A stretch of 64,000 nucleotides of DNA from Polyangiaceae bacterium (GCA_033763455.1 JANRKO010000016.1:54772-118771); one strand, 5' to 3'. Shown: positions 19,610 to 30,287, numbered from the stretch's first letter. Notes: generated by a model not told the origin, from the letters alone. Program-made: numbers and translations.

Positions 19610-21171
19610 GCTGGCACCCCCTCCGGCAACGCCGCCCGAAGAAGGTCGGGGGGGCCCGCGGACTCGGAGCTGAATTCAGCGGCAATTCGCCCGTTGGTGA
19701 GGACCAGGATGCGCTGGCACACGGCAAGAAGCTCCTCCCACTCACTCGAAATCACCAGCACGGCTTTACCTCGCGCGGCCAAACCTCGGATGAGTTCATG
19801 AACTTCCGCTTTGGCACCGACGTCGATGCCTCGGGTGGGCTCGTCGAACAACACAACGTTCGGCTGAGTCATAAGAGCTTTTCCGATCACGATCTTCTGT
19901 TGATTGCCCCCAGAAAGCTCGGCCACTTTGGCGTTGAGGCTAGGCGCCGACACGTGCAAGTCTTGCATCAACGCGGCGCAAGCCTGCCGCTCTTTGGCTT
20001 CATCTATCAATCCGTTGCGGCTCAAGCTCGCTAGGCTCGACAGCGACAGATTAAAGGCCACAGACTGTTCCGGCACGAGCCCGTAACGTTGCCTATCTTC
20101 GCTCACCAACACCATTTTTGCGGCCAGCGCCCCTTGTGGCCCAGCGCCGGAGGGAAGAGCCACGCCCGCCACCTTTACTTCCCCGGCCGTGCGCACCCCC
20201 CAAAGCCCCATCAAATGCAGCACCAACTCGGTGCGCCCCGCGCCTAAAAGGCCGCCCAACCCCAGGATTTCCCCCGGGTTAAGCGAGAACGAGACATCTT
20301 TCAGGCGTGTTTGCTGAGTGGCCTCCGACGCCACCGAGAGGCCTTGTACGTGGAGGGCTGGCTGCACCGCCGGCGCTTGCGCGAGTACTTTCTGGGCTTC
20401 GGCCGCACCCCGAGTGATCGTCGGAACCTTCACCTTGCGCCCGAGCATCTGCTCGATCAAGCGTTCACGATTCGTGTCGGTAAGGTTGGAGGTTCCAACG
20501 CTTTGGCCGTCGCGCAGCACCGTGACACGATCGGCCAGGCTGAACACTTCATCGAGCCGATGAGAAATGTAGATGGAGCTTACGCCACTTTGGCGCAGCT
20601 TCCGGAGGAGCTCAAGCAACACCTCCGCCTCGCGCTCCGAGAGCGCCGCGGTGGGTTCATCCAAAATCAAGATCCGGCTTTTTTTAGCTAAAGCCTTAGC
20701 AATTTCGACCATTTGCTGGGCGCCGATCCCGAGATCATCCACGTAGGCTAACGGATCGATGCTGGCGCCCACTTCAGCAAGGAGTTCCTGCGCTCGCCGA
20801 TGCTCTTGCTGTTCGTCTACCAACCAACCCGCACAGAGCTCGTGCCCTAAGAACAGATTCTCGGCCACGGTGAGGTTCGGAATGAGGGCCAGCTCCTGAT
20901 GGATCACGGCGACCCCAGCTTGCTCTGCGTCCCTGACGGAGCGAAAACGGCAGAGTTTACCGTCGATACTGAGCTCACCCGTATATTGCCCTGCTGGGTA
21001 CACTCCGGATAACACCTTGATCAGCGTGCTCTTTCCGGCGCCGTTTTCACCCGTAAGCGCGTGGACCTCACCGGCACGGAGCTCAAAGCTCACCGCCCGC
21101 AGCGCGTGTACGCCGGAGAAATCCTTGGAGATCCGATCTGCCCAGAGACTTGCCACCGGCTCGGCCCTCAC
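19606..21171 (-). CDS. xylG: Sugar ABC transporter ATP-binding protein (two NBDs)
   Basis: GENGAGKST, ILILDEPT, LSGGNQQK, DEPTRGIDVGAK. Confidence 0.92.
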   Translation of the reverse strand: MRAEPVASLWADRISKDFSGVHALRAVSFELRAGEVHALTGENGAGKSTLIKVLSGVYPAGQYTGELSIDGKLCRFRSVRDAEQAGVAVIHQELALIPNLTVAENLFLGHELCAGWLVDEQQEHRRAQELLAEVGASIDPLAYVDDLGIGAQQMVEIAKALAKKSRILILDEPTAALSEREAEVLLELLRKLRQSGVSSIYISHRLDEVFSLADRVTVLRDGQSVGTSNLTDTNRERLIEQMLGRKVKVPTITRGAAEAQKVLAQAPAVQPALHVQGLSVASEATQQTRLKDVSFSLNPGEILGLGGLLGAGRTELVLHLMGLWGVRTAGEVKVAGVALPSGAGPQGALAAKMVLVSEDRQRYGLVPEQSVAFNLSLSSLASLSRNGLIDEAKERQACAALMQDLHVSAPSLNAKVAELSGGNQQKIVIGKALMTQPNVVLFDEPTRGIDVGAKAEVHELIRGLAARGKAVLVISSEWEELLAVCQRILVLTNGRIAAEFSSESAGPPDLLRAALPEGVPA

Positions 21172-22328
21172 TTCGTGACAGCGGCGCTGGGGGTGGGGTT
21201 CGGGATTGGGTTTGGGACTCGGTTTGCGTTGGGGCTGGGGCTGGCGCTGGGGTTTGCGCTTGGGCTGGGGCTGGGAGGCGAAATGCCTCGAAATACCTCC
21301 GCTTCGGGCTGAAATTTGTCCAAAATCACCGTTTCCCGAAGATTCCCGCGATCTACCGCCACCACATCCGACAACACGCTCGGCACATCCCGCTCGCCGT
21401 TATTCACCACGCTTCTGGCAACCACCACTTCACGCCGTGCGAGCTTCATCGCCACCTCGGCCGCACTTTCGGCTAGCCGTTGAAGCGGCTTGTACACCGT
21501 CATGGTTTGGGTGCCCCGCGCAATGCGCTGGCAAGCTACAAGATCGGCATCTTGGCCGGTAACAAGCTTGCCCTCCAAGATCCCCTCCTCAGTGAGCGCC
21601 AAAATGGCGCCACCTGCGGTGCCATCGTTACTGGCAAGCACTCCCTCAAAATCGCGCCCATGTGCGCTGATGGCAGCATTCATGATTCGCTTGGCGTTCT
21701 CAGGCTTCCAATCGTCCGCCCAATCCTCGTGCACCACCGAAATATCTCCGCGCTCGATGAGCGGCTTGAGCACGCGATCTTGCCCCGCCTTGAACATGAA
21801 GGCATTGTTGTCGCTCTTGGAGCCGTAGATCCGGACTATCTTGCCCTTGCCCGGGGTTTTGAGGTGCGACACCAGATATTGGGCTTGGAGCTCGCCTACG
21901 CGTTCATTGTCGAAGCTCAAGTAAAGATCGAGCGGAGCATCACGAATCAGTCGATCGTACGCGATTACCGGAATACCCGCGGCGTGGGCCATACGTACGG
22001 CCTTGGCCATCGCTTTGCCGTCGTGGGGCACGATCACCATCACATCAACTTTCTGGGTGATCAACTTTTCAACGTCGGAAATCTGAGTGGTGTCGTCGCT
22101 ATTGGCGGAAAGATCCAACACCCGGCCGCCCAAACGATTCACCTTTTCCACGAAGAGGCGGCGATCCACCTGCCAGCGAGCCTCCTTCAGTGTGTCCAAG
22201 GAAAGGCCCACAAGGACGCCGTTCTGCGAGCGCTTACCCGGCTCCCCTTCCGCACGCTCCCGTACCAAAAGGCCCAAAGCCACGCTTAGCATGCAGGAGA
22301 CAACAACCAACAAGATCCGAAGCTTCAT
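21168..22328 (-). CDS. xylF: Xylose-type ABC substrate-binding protein with Pro/Ser/Asn tail
   Basis: EARWQVD, PVIAYDRLI, SFDNERVG, DNNA, SNDGTAGG, TGQDAD, QTMTVYKP. Confidence 0.9.
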   Translation of the reverse strand: MKLRILLVVVSCMLSVALGLLVRERAEGEPGKRSQNGVLVGLSLDTLKEARWQVDRRLFVEKVNRLGGRVLDLSANSDDTTQISDVEKLITQKVDVMVIVPHDGKAMAKAVRMAHAAGIPVIAYDRLIRDAPLDLYLSFDNERVGELQAQYLVSHLKTPGKGKIVRIYGSKSDNNAFMFKAGQDRVLKPLIERGDISVVHEDWADDWKPENAKRIMNAAISAHGRDFEGVLASNDGTAGGAILALTEEGILEGKLVTGQDADLVACQRIARGTQTMTVYKPLQRLAESAAEVAMKLARREVVVARSVVNNGERDVPSVLSDVVAVDRGNLRETVILDKFQPEAEVFRGISPPSPSPSANPSASPSPNANRVPNPIPNPTPSAAVTK

Positions 22329-22433
22329 TCCGATGCCAACTCCCTTGGCTCCCCACTCTTATCTGCACTCACCAGTTCTCACCCGCCGGCAGCTTCCACG
22401 TTCTGCAACGGCAGCTCTCAGCGAAAAGTCTTT

Positions 22434-23543
22434 TTAGAAGATTCCGCCCAGCTCAACCACGCTTGTCCATTGCGCCTTTTCACCTTCGAACAACTTCTTG
22501 TCACTTTGGCTCGTCTGAGCGTCTGATACTGAGCCAAAGTCCGTGATAAATTCACCACCCAGCGTAAGCATTTCGTAGCGATAGCTGAGCCCAAAAAGCA
22601 TACGCCTGCGTTCCAGGCGCGCTTTGTCGAACACCACGTTGTTGTTGAAGTCCAAAGGTGAGCCCCCTGCACACACAGGTTGCCCGTCTTGTGCGACCTT
22701 ACCTGGATCGTCGCTGCCAGGCTGATTAATACCGGCGTAGTTGCAGTACTGAATGGCGTTCGTGGCGGGGGTAAGATCTACGAGGCCCGAATCACCAAAG
22801 ATCCAAAGCTGTTGAAAGCCTACCCACGGAGTGAGCACCGAAGAATCCGCGATGACGATGGGTTTTGAAATCTGGGCATCCGCGCTCGCCACCGTAAGCT
22901 GAAACTCCGGGGTGCCCGTGATGCTGCGCACCCCTCCGCCGATCGCGAAATCGGGCACGTAACCCATGAAGCCCGTGCGAAACCCCTCCAAAATGGCTAT
23001 GCGTGCATCCGCACCGCCGGAGACGAGGCTCGTACGCGGCATGAAGCCGATGTTCGCCGTTAATTCGAGACCGAATCCAAAGCCCTTCTGGAACTTTACC
23101 GAGTAGTGCTGAAGAAACCCGTCTGGATCACGATTTTGCTCGGGAGCTTTCTTGGAGCTCGGATCCACCGCCCCTTGTGTGCCTCGGCGCCAGTAATCTT
23201 TACCGCTATCTATCTTCGTGTAGCTACCCTCGAACGCGAGCTTGAAGCCGCCGAAACCTGTGGTGCGAGCCGCGTGCATCGCCGTGGGAGCAAACGCAAA
23301 CGCATATTGGCTGATGAGCTTCTTGAATGCGCCCTCATCCGAAACACACCACTCACGCCCGCCGGGACCGTTCTTTAGGTTCTCAAGGTTCGCCGGGTCG
23401 TCGACGTACGCGCCCTCACCGGTACGACAATTGGGATCGAGCACGAGCCGCTCAATCGTTGGATCCATGGGCTCCGCCTGAGCTGGCAAGGCCAACAGCA
23501 GCAGGCACGCCCCAGCGAAAAATCCGGCACGATTCGCGCTCAT
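22434..23543 (-). CDS. Secreted putative outer-membrane beta-barrel protein
   Basis: Signal peptide ending AQA; amphipathic strands; C-terminal Phe (ELGGIF). Confidence 0.7.
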   Translation of the reverse strand: MSANRAGFFAGACLLLLALPAQAEPMDPTIERLVLDPNCRTGEGAYVDDPANLENLKNGPGGREWCVSDEGAFKKLISQYAFAFAPTAMHAARTTGFGGFKLAFEGSYTKIDSGKDYWRRGTQGAVDPSSKKAPEQNRDPDGFLQHYSVKFQKGFGFGLELTANIGFMPRTSLVSGGADARIAILEGFRTGFMGYVPDFAIGGGVRSITGTPEFQLTVASADAQISKPIVIADSSVLTPWVGFQQLWIFGDSGLVDLTPATNAIQYCNYAGINQPGSDDPGKVAQDGQPVCAGGSPLDFNNNVVFDKARLERRRMLFGLSYRYEMLTLGGEFITDFGSVSDAQTSQSDKKLFEGEKAQWTSVVELGGIF

Positions 23544-23679
23544 TTCGAAGTTACCAACGGCTTTTGATACTTTGCCGCAGCAAGTGGCGTCAAGCTTCGG
23601 CCGCGGCCCCGGTCAGCGCCCTGCCCCCGATGGCTTGCTTTGCCGAGCACAGGCAGCCAAAAGCTCTAGCCGGAACCCC

Positions 23680-24213
23680 GTGCCAACCCCCGCCTCACGA
23701 CCCCGTTTGCGAGCCAAAGGTCGCGATAACGCCTTTCACTTGGTGCTCGTAGAACCCGAGATCCCGCCCAACACGGGGAACGTTGCCCGCCTGTGCGCGG
23801 CCACTAACTCCCCGCTTCACCTGGTGGGTCCACTTGGCTTTGACATCAGCGACCACGCCGTACGGCGAGCTGGCCTCGATTATTGGCACTTGGTAAGCGT
23901 GCAACACCACGCCGATTGGGACACGTGCAACGAGGCACTTACCCGTGCCGCCCCGACTGGCCGCCGTTGGTTTTTCACAACCCAAGCCACGAAAAGCTAC
24001 CTGGACGTTGATTTCCGTGAAGGGGACGCCTTGGTGTTTGGAAAAGAAAGCGTTGGGTTGCCCGAATCGCTCCTTGCTCGCTACCCCGACCAGCTCGTGG
24101 GAATTCCTATGCTCGGCGCGGTGCGTTCGCTCAACCTTGCCAATACGGTTTCGATCGCTTTGTACGAAGCCTTGCGACAAATCGGTGCTCTGGCCAACGC
24201 TGAGCTTGAGTAG
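23680..24213 (+). CDS. trmL: tRNA (cytidine/uridine-34-2'-O)-methyltransferase
   Basis: VLVEPEIPPNTGN, RRAGLDYW, VFGKESVGLP, RSLNLAN SPOUT motifs; start uncertain. Confidence 0.95.
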   Translation: MPTPASRPRLRAKGRDNAFHLVLVEPEIPPNTGNVARLCAATNSPLHLVGPLGFDISDHAVRRAGLDYWHLVSVQHHADWDTCNEALTRAAPTGRRWFFTTQATKSYLDVDFREGDALVFGKESVGLPESLLARYPDQLVGIPMLGAVRSLNLANTVSIALYEALRQIGALANAELE

Positions 24214-24219
24214 CGCGCT

Positions 24220-25227
24220 TTAGATGCCTACAGCCCGGCGCACGGCACTCATGCGATTCGCGGCTGTTTCGCGGGCATGATCGGCGCCCAGAGTGAGCAC
24301 TCGCTCTACTTCACCCAAGTCTTTTTCAAGCTCCACACGGCGCGCACGGAAGGCGTCAAAACGTGCATGAAACAGCTCCAAGAGCTGTTGCTTGTAGTGG
24401 CCGTAACCTTTGCCGCCCTCCCTCCAGCTGGTGTCGATGGCTGGGAATTCTGAGGGCAGCGCGAGCAACTTCAGCAGGTCATACAGCGGGCTTTCCTGGG
24501 TGGGCTTGGGAGCCTCCATGGGCGTTGAATCCGTCTTCATGGTCATGATGGCCTTTTTGATCGCGGCATCAGTTCCAAACAGGTCGAGAGTGTTATTGTA
24601 AGATTTGCTCATCTTGCGGCCGTCAGTGCCCGGCACCACCGCCGTGCTCTCCAAGATGCGGGGCTCGGGCAGCTTGAAGATCCCCGGAGCTCCGCTCTCC
24701 TTGCCTGTGGGATCTGCTGGGTCGTACTTTGGCACGAAGGCTACGTTGAATTTTGTCGCCCAATCGCGCGTGAATTCGACGTGTTGCTTCTGATCACGCC
24801 CCACTGGAACCACATCTGCGTCGTATAAGAGAATGTCCGCCGCCATGAGCACGGGGTACGCAAACAGCCCAAAATCAGGGCGAATCGAGTTCGCCAGCTT
24901 GTCTTTATAGCTGTGCGCACGCTCCAAATTGGAGATAGGCACGAGCGACCCGAGCACCCACATAAGCTCAGTATGTTCTCGGACATCCGACTGACGGAAC
25001 AACACCGACCGCCCTGGATCCACCCCGAACGCCCACATCGTGAGCGCCACATCTAACGTTAACTCGCGGAGCAGCTTCGCATCTTGGATCGTGGTGAGCG
25101 CGTGCAAATTAGCGATAAAGTAATAGGCTTCCCCCTGATCTTGCAGCTCAACAAATTGCGCAATGGCGCCAAAGTAGTTCCCGAGGTGCTGGCGTCCGGA
25201 CGCCTGAAGGCCGGAGAGAGTGCGCAT
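24220..25227 (-). CDS. trpS: Tryptophan--tRNA ligase
   Basis: HLGNYFGA, YPVLMAADIL, VPVGRDQKQH, KMSKS. Confidence 0.97.
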   Translation of the reverse strand: MRTLSGLQASGRQHLGNYFGAIAQFVELQDQGEAYYFIANLHALTTIQDAKLLRELTLDVALTMWAFGVDPGRSVLFRQSDVREHTELMWVLGSLVPISNLERAHSYKDKLANSIRPDFGLFAYPVLMAADILLYDADVVPVGRDQKQHVEFTRDWATKFNVAFVPKYDPADPTGKESGAPGIFKLPEPRILESTAVVPGTDGRKMSKSYNNTLDLFGTDAAIKKAIMTMKTDSTPMEAPKPTQESPLYDLLKLLALPSEFPAIDTSWREGGKGYGHYKQQLLELFHARFDAFRARRVELEKDLGEVERVLTLGADHARETAANRMSAVRRAVGI

Positions 25228-25268
25228 GGCAGGGGGATCTAGACGCCCAGCTCACGCGCCGCAATTGG

Positions 25269-27146
25269 CTAGCGCTTGAACCATTTGTCGAACACGCTTT
25301 TCCCCGGTTCCCGGGCGCCTTTGGGCGGGTGGCTAGAGCGCCGCATCTCGTACAGCCGAAGCTCACGCGTGGCGTCGAGATGGTTCGGGTTGATCTCGAC
25401 GATGTGGCGGAGATCAGAGCGGGCCAAAGTATCTCGACCCATGCGCTTGTAGAGCTGCGCTCGGTACCAACGCGCTCGAACGTTGTTCGGTTCCTTCTTG
25501 ATGGCGCGCGAAAGGCGACTGATCTGCTCGGTGACGTCCGAGCGGTCGCTGCGGAGCGCTTCAAGCCAGGCCAAGAGCGCCTCGTAATCGGCTTGATCGG
25601 GATCGCCTTCAACAGCGGCCCTGGCCTCTTTTTCGGCAGCCTCTAACGCATTCTTCTTGAGCAAAACTTCCGCGCGCTGAAAGGCCATGGTAGCTCGCAA
25701 TACAGCTTGCACCTGCTCCTGCTCGTCCGCGCTTCCACCACCTGTACTTAACACCTGATCGTAGTCGGCGCGGCGGTTCGTATCCGAAAGGATCTGATGG
25801 GCTTCGGTGATGCGCGAAAAAGCCTTGACCGCAAGCTCGCGAACGTCCTCGAACTCAGGGCCCAAGCGATCCGGGTGAAAACGCTTTGCGAGCTGAAAAA
25901 AGGCCGCTTGCACCTGGGCGGAAGCCGCATTCGGAGCTACGCCCAGCACGTCGTAATACGTCTGCCCGCGGCTCGTGGCGCGCTCCACGAGCTCTTCTTT
26001 GCGGGCGCGCAACTCAGGGGGATCATTGGGGTTTGGCACGAAAACAACGGGCGGCACGGCGCTCGTTACTCCGCCTGGGGTGAAGCTCGGCCGCGACGAT
26101 GCCGAATTGGCTCTGGGCGTTTGGGGTTTTTCCGGTGCCCTAGATGGCTGTGCCTTGGGCGGGGCGCTTGGCGGCTGCGGCAACGTAGTGCTCGTGGATG
26201 CCGGCGAACTTGAGCTCGGTTGCGGCGCACGTGCGCGGGGTGGAGCCAAGGAAACACTGCGCCCCTGCCAGTTCGCGGGCGGCGGCGTGTCGGGAGGAGC
26301 GCTATCCGGACCGCCAGGAATGCTTGGCATCGAACTGCGCACGGGCTCGGCCACGGGCATGCGCGTGGAAGATTCTTCGTTTCCTTGAACGCCAATGGGT
26401 GGGGGCTGCGCGGGCCCAAGGTCGAGCTGGCGAGAAATGGCGAGCACGTAGATAAGCCGCAACACCAAATCCGTAGGGGCCATGTCGCGGGCCATGAGTT
26501 CAGCCAAAGATTGCGGCCTCACGCGCAAAACATCGACGACGGTGCGCTCAGTGTTGTCGAAGTAAAAACGACCCAGCTGCGCCTCCTGGTGGAGCCGGAT
26601 CGCGGTTGGTCCGAGGCCGGAACACACCGCACGCACCGCTCCTTCGTCACTGTGACCGCGCACGCCCCGCCAGATCAGCGCCAGCGTCTTGGCGTGGGGG
26701 TTATCTGTGCCCCCAAAACGCTCCAGATAATTCGTGCCTTCGTAAAATCCGAAGGCCGCTTGCGGTGGGAGGGTAAACATCCACAGTACTTTCCTGTGGA
26801 GCTGCTCCCGAAGCGCAGAACGCAACTTCGCTTCATCGAGCGATTGCTCCGCAATCAAAACCTGCCCATGCAGCTTCTGCTCACGGGCCGCCCGGTGCAA
26901 GGCCCGATCGCAGCGGGCTATCTCCACCAGATTCAAATCAAGCAGCACGTCCCGCAGGTATGCAACCGGAGCAGAGGTGCGCGCTTTTTGGGCCAACCCA
27001 CGATCGAAGTAGATCGCGCTTTTCCCCCCGGTCGGCTCCTCGAGCACCAGGGTGCCCGTAAGCCGCCGATCCAAAATGTGGATCAGCAGGTGGGCGAGCG
27101 GGGTTTGGGCGAGGGTGCCCGAGGCCATCGGCCTAGGGGTAGTCAT
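25269..27146 (-). CDS. DUF4388-like N-domain, Pro-rich linker, J-domain and TPR protein
   Basis: SGTL...PLAHLL...LTGTL N-terminus; YYDVLGV...FHPD J-domain; C-terminal TPRs. Confidence 0.85.
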   Translation of the reverse strand: MTTPRPMASGTLAQTPLAHLLIHILDRRLTGTLVLEEPTGGKSAIYFDRGLAQKARTSAPVAYLRDVLLDLNLVEIARCDRALHRAAREQKLHGQVLIAEQSLDEAKLRSALREQLHRKVLWMFTLPPQAAFGFYEGTNYLERFGGTDNPHAKTLALIWRGVRGHSDEGAVRAVCSGLGPTAIRLHQEAQLGRFYFDNTERTVVDVLRVRPQSLAELMARDMAPTDLVLRLIYVLAISRQLDLGPAQPPPIGVQGNEESSTRMPVAEPVRSSMPSIPGGPDSAPPDTPPPANWQGRSVSLAPPRARAPQPSSSSPASTSTTLPQPPSAPPKAQPSRAPEKPQTPRANSASSRPSFTPGGVTSAVPPVVFVPNPNDPPELRARKEELVERATSRGQTYYDVLGVAPNAASAQVQAAFFQLAKRFHPDRLGPEFEDVRELAVKAFSRITEAHQILSDTNRRADYDQVLSTGGGSADEQEQVQAVLRATMAFQRAEVLLKKNALEAAEKEARAAVEGDPDQADYEALLAWLEALRSDRSDVTEQISRLSRAIKKEPNNVRARWYRAQLYKRMGRDTLARSDLRHIVEINPNHLDATRELRLYEMRRSSHPPKGAREPGKSVFDKWFKR

Positions 27147-27256
27147 GTGTGGGTGCGGAGCCTAGCACCGCCATTAGAGTTTGGGGCACTGATTACGCCC
27201 GAGGGCCTGAGTTGGCGAAGGTAGTAATTGCTGCGCGTTTCCGTTAATTTGCACGG

Positions 27257-28636
27257 GTGAAGCCTGGACACGTATTGGTTGTAGACGACGAACCGTCGAT
27301 TCTGACAACCCTTCAGGCCACGCTGAAACTGGAAGGTTTTAGTGTAGATGTAGCAGGTGGCTTGGGGGTAGCCCGCCAAAAGCTTCTCAAAGGGTCCTTC
27401 GATACCGTGCTGCTGGACGTAGCGCTCCCCGACGGCAACGGGGTGGACCTCTTGGAGGAGCTACGCGCCCAAGGCAACGACGCCACTGTGATTATGATGA
27501 GTGGCCACGCCACGATTGAGGCCGCTGTGCGGGCCACACGGCTTGGGGCGCACGATTTTCTCGAAAAACCGCTCTCCACCGACCGCTTGCTCATCATCCT
27601 TGAGAACGCACGGCGGCTTCGGCGTGCTGAAGAAACGGCGCGTGAGCTCGCCGCGCAAGCCGGGCACTTCGACGAATTGCTGGGCGCGAGTTCGGTGATG
27701 GTGAGCCTACGTGATCGGATTGGGCGCGCCGCACCTGCCACCGCCAGCGTGCTCGTTACCGGCGAGCGGGGCACGGGAAAAGAGCTAGTAGCTCGCGCCA
27801 TTCATCGAGCTTCCCCGCGCGCACAAGGGCCGCTTGAAAAGCTCAATTGCGCAGCGGTACCGAAGGAACTCATCGAAAGCGAGCTCTTTGGGCACGAAGC
27901 GGGAGCTTTTACAGGAGCCACGAAGCAACGCCAAGGGAAGTTCGAACGCGCCGATTCTGGCACGCTCTTTCTCGACGAAGTGGGTGACATGCCACTGCCG
28001 ATGCAGGCCAAGCTGCTGCGCGTCTTGCAAGAGCGTGAACTTGAGCGCGTTGGTGGCTCAAAAACGATCAGTATAGACGTGCGGGTGGTGGCAGCAACCA
28101 ATAAAGACCTTCAGAAAGCCTGCGAAGCTGGTGACTTTCGTGCAGATCTGTTGGACCGCCTGAACGTTTTGCCTATTGCGCTTCCGCCCTTGCGCGCCCG
28201 CCACGGAGATATTCCCGTGCTGGCTGAGCAATTCCTGCGGCAGGCACGCCAGGCGAATAATCGCCCCGGCGTGACGCTCAGTGAAGGAGCCATGCTCACT
28301 CTTGGCCGACACTCCTTTCCCGGCAATGTCCGCGAGCTGAAGAACCTCATCGAGCGCCTCGTTATATTAACACCCGACGACGAGATCCAAAGTCGCGATG
28401 TGGAGGAGGCGCTGGGTGTGCGCGGGCCCTTGGGCGCCGGAGGGTTGTATCAGCCTGGGGTTCCATTCAAGGTGCTTGCCGAGCAAGCAGAACGAGCGAT
28501 CTTGGAAGAAGCCCTGGCTCACCACTCCGGGCAAATGGCCGCCACTGCGAGGGGGCTCGGGCTTGAGCGAAGCCACCTTTACAAGAAGGCCAAAGCACTC
28601 GGCCTGCGCGGTGCGGCAGAGGAAGAGCCCGAATAA
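27257..28636 (+). CDS. Sigma-54-dependent response regulator (NtrC family)
   Basis: Receiver VVDD..LLD..K; GERGTGKE; ESELFGHEAGAFTGA; LFLDEVG; FPGNVREL; Fis-type HTH. Confidence 0.96.
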   Translation: MKPGHVLVVDDEPSILTTLQATLKLEGFSVDVAGGLGVARQKLLKGSFDTVLLDVALPDGNGVDLLEELRAQGNDATVIMMSGHATIEAAVRATRLGAHDFLEKPLSTDRLLIILENARRLRRAEETARELAAQAGHFDELLGASSVMVSLRDRIGRAAPATASVLVTGERGTGKELVARAIHRASPRAQGPLEKLNCAAVPKELIESELFGHEAGAFTGATKQRQGKFERADSGTLFLDEVGDMPLPMQAKLLRVLQERELERVGGSKTISIDVRVVAATNKDLQKACEAGDFRADLLDRLNVLPIALPPLRARHGDIPVLAEQFLRQARQANNRPGVTLSEGAMLTLGRHSFPGNVRELKNLIERLVILTPDDEIQSRDVEEALGVRGPLGAGGLYQPGVPFKVLAEQAERAILEEALAHHSGQMAATARGLGLERSHLYKKAKALGLRGAAEEEPE

Positions 28637-28649
28637 GGCGCGGCTATAC

Positions 28650-30287
28650 TTACTTGAGAGCCGCGGCGGCCGCCGCAAACCTGCTGTCGATCGCAATCCC
28701 GAAAATTCCCAGGCACATTTCATCAAGTGTGGCTTCACCCAAACGCACGTCCACCGGAGCCTTCAACCCCTGAGAATCGAGCGCCGCAGGAAGGAAAGGA
28801 TTGCCAAGGGTGTTGTCGAACGTGCAACGCAGCCCGATTTCGTCCCCAGGGCTCAGCGTCGGTAAATTCAAGAGCGGGGCATCATAGAAATAGGCGCCTT
28901 GCCAATTGAAGTCCCAATTCGGAGTTTGCACGAGGCATTCATCAGCCGGCTGAGAAGCTGTGGGCGCAGGCCTGTGAACGTCGATCTTCATGTCACGGCC
29001 AACATAGTGCATGTGCGTGCCCGCCCCAAAGACGTAATACTTGGCGCCGAGGGCTGCCGCTTGGGCACCACCGGGCAATACGAACTTTTGGGTTTCGGTG
29101 TGGTCTTTAACGCCAGCCGGGATCAAAAATTCGGGATTCGGGCCAGAATCATTGGGCCCGGGCAGCAAGCCCGAACCGCCAGGCATGGCCCCTCTGAAGT
29201 TACCAATGAGCGCCAGTTGGCCGGTATATTTGGGTTCGGTGGTCACCCAGCGCAGTGCTACAGCGGTGTTGTTGTCCATTTCGGTCCCATTGCCAGTGGG
29301 GTGGTAGTGGATCTGCATCACCAAGTGGCTGCCCGCTTTGACGGGAATACCAACATCCGGCGGCATTTCGGCTGCGGTGGCACCCGGTGCCCAGGCCGAA
29401 AGCAGCGAACTTCCGGATGTGCCCGCACCGCCCAAACACTCGTACTGGCCCGCCGAGCCGGCTTTAGCCACAGATTCTCCGTTTGGATCATCAAACACCA
29501 ACACGTGGTGCACCACGGCTTTGTTGCCGGCAATCACCTGGGTGCCAGTGAGCCACACATCTTGAGCCAGCTTCGGATCCAGCGGAAAGCAGATGAACTT
29601 GTCGTTTACTCCACTCACGCTAGCGGTGGCTTCCATTTTCACGGTGGCATTGGCATTCGCCAGATCTAAGCTTGCCATCGGCGGAAGCGGGGCCGCCGTA
29701 TTCGGATCGCCCGCTTGCATTCCCATATCGACCCAAGCGTGAAATAGGGCTTTTTCTTGCGCACTTAGACGGCGGTCGTTCTTGAATCCGAAGCGCGGCT
29801 GGCATTCGGCCGTGGAGGCTTGGCCCCAGGGGGGCATGGCTCCCGAATCAATAGACGGAAGCAGCGTGGGGCCCCACTTCTTGGCATCCTCGTAACTCGT
29901 GAGCGAAAACGGCGCGATGGAGCCCGCCTGGTGGCAGCCCGTGCACTTGGCGGTGATGATGGGCGCCAAGTGTTGATAATAGGTGATGGTGCCACCGGGT
30001 AACACCACGGGGGAGCCTCCAGCCGCAGATGCTGAGCCGCCCGAACCGGACGGTTGAGTGCCGGGCGCACCACCTACACCAGTAGAATTCGTACCACTAG
30101 GATTCGGTGCCGTACCGCCGCTGGCTAACGTTCCGGTGCCACCGGAGCCCACAGCACTTTCTGAACCCCCGCTTGCGCCTCCTTGCGTAACAGCGTTGCT
30201 ACAGGCCACCAGAGCCAACAAGGACGCACCACCACTCAACCGCGCAAGAGGCCGCAACACCATGCCTACCCTAATAGCAGAAACCAT
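28650..30287 (-). CDS. Lipoprotein: c-type heme motif plus copper type II (PHM/DBH-like) monooxygenase domains
   Basis: Lipobox LVAC, Gly/Ser/Thr linker, CTGCH, MPPW, VVHHVLV, WAPG, QIHYH, HMH, WDFNWQ, DEMC. Confidence 0.85.
   Translation of the reverse strand: MVSAIRVGMVLRPLARLSGGASLLALVACSNAVTQGGASGGSESAVGSGGTGTLASGGTAPNPSGTNSTGVGGAPGTQPSGSGGSASAAGGSPVVLPGGTITYYQHLAPIITAKCTGCHQAGSIAPFSLTSYEDAKKWGPTLLPSIDSGAMPPWGQASTAECQPRFGFKNDRRLSAQEKALFHAWVDMGMQAGDPNTAAPLPPMASLDLANANATVKMEATASVSGVNDKFICFPLDPKLAQDVWLTGTQVIAGNKAVVHHVLVFDDPNGESVAKAGSAGQYECLGGAGTSGSSLLSAWAPGATAAEMPPDVGIPVKAGSHLVMQIHYHPTGNGTEMDNNTAVALRWVTTEPKYTGQLALIGNFRGAMPGGSGLLPGPNDSGPNPEFLIPAGVKDHTETQKFVLPGGAQAAALGAKYYVFGAGTHMHYVGRDMKIDVHRPAPTASQPADECLVQTPNWDFNWQGAYFYDAPLLNLPTLSPGDEIGLRCTFDNTLGNPFLPAALDSQGLKAPVDVRLGEATLDEMCLGIFGIAIDSRFAAAAAALK

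Noticed and set aside
26220..27224. Long alternative-frame ORFs (e.g. 26220-27224, 37822-38940, 3941-4816, 21480-22289, 28899-29669)
   Set aside because: Antisense shadows of well-supported genes in GC-rich DNA, with no recognisable motifs.
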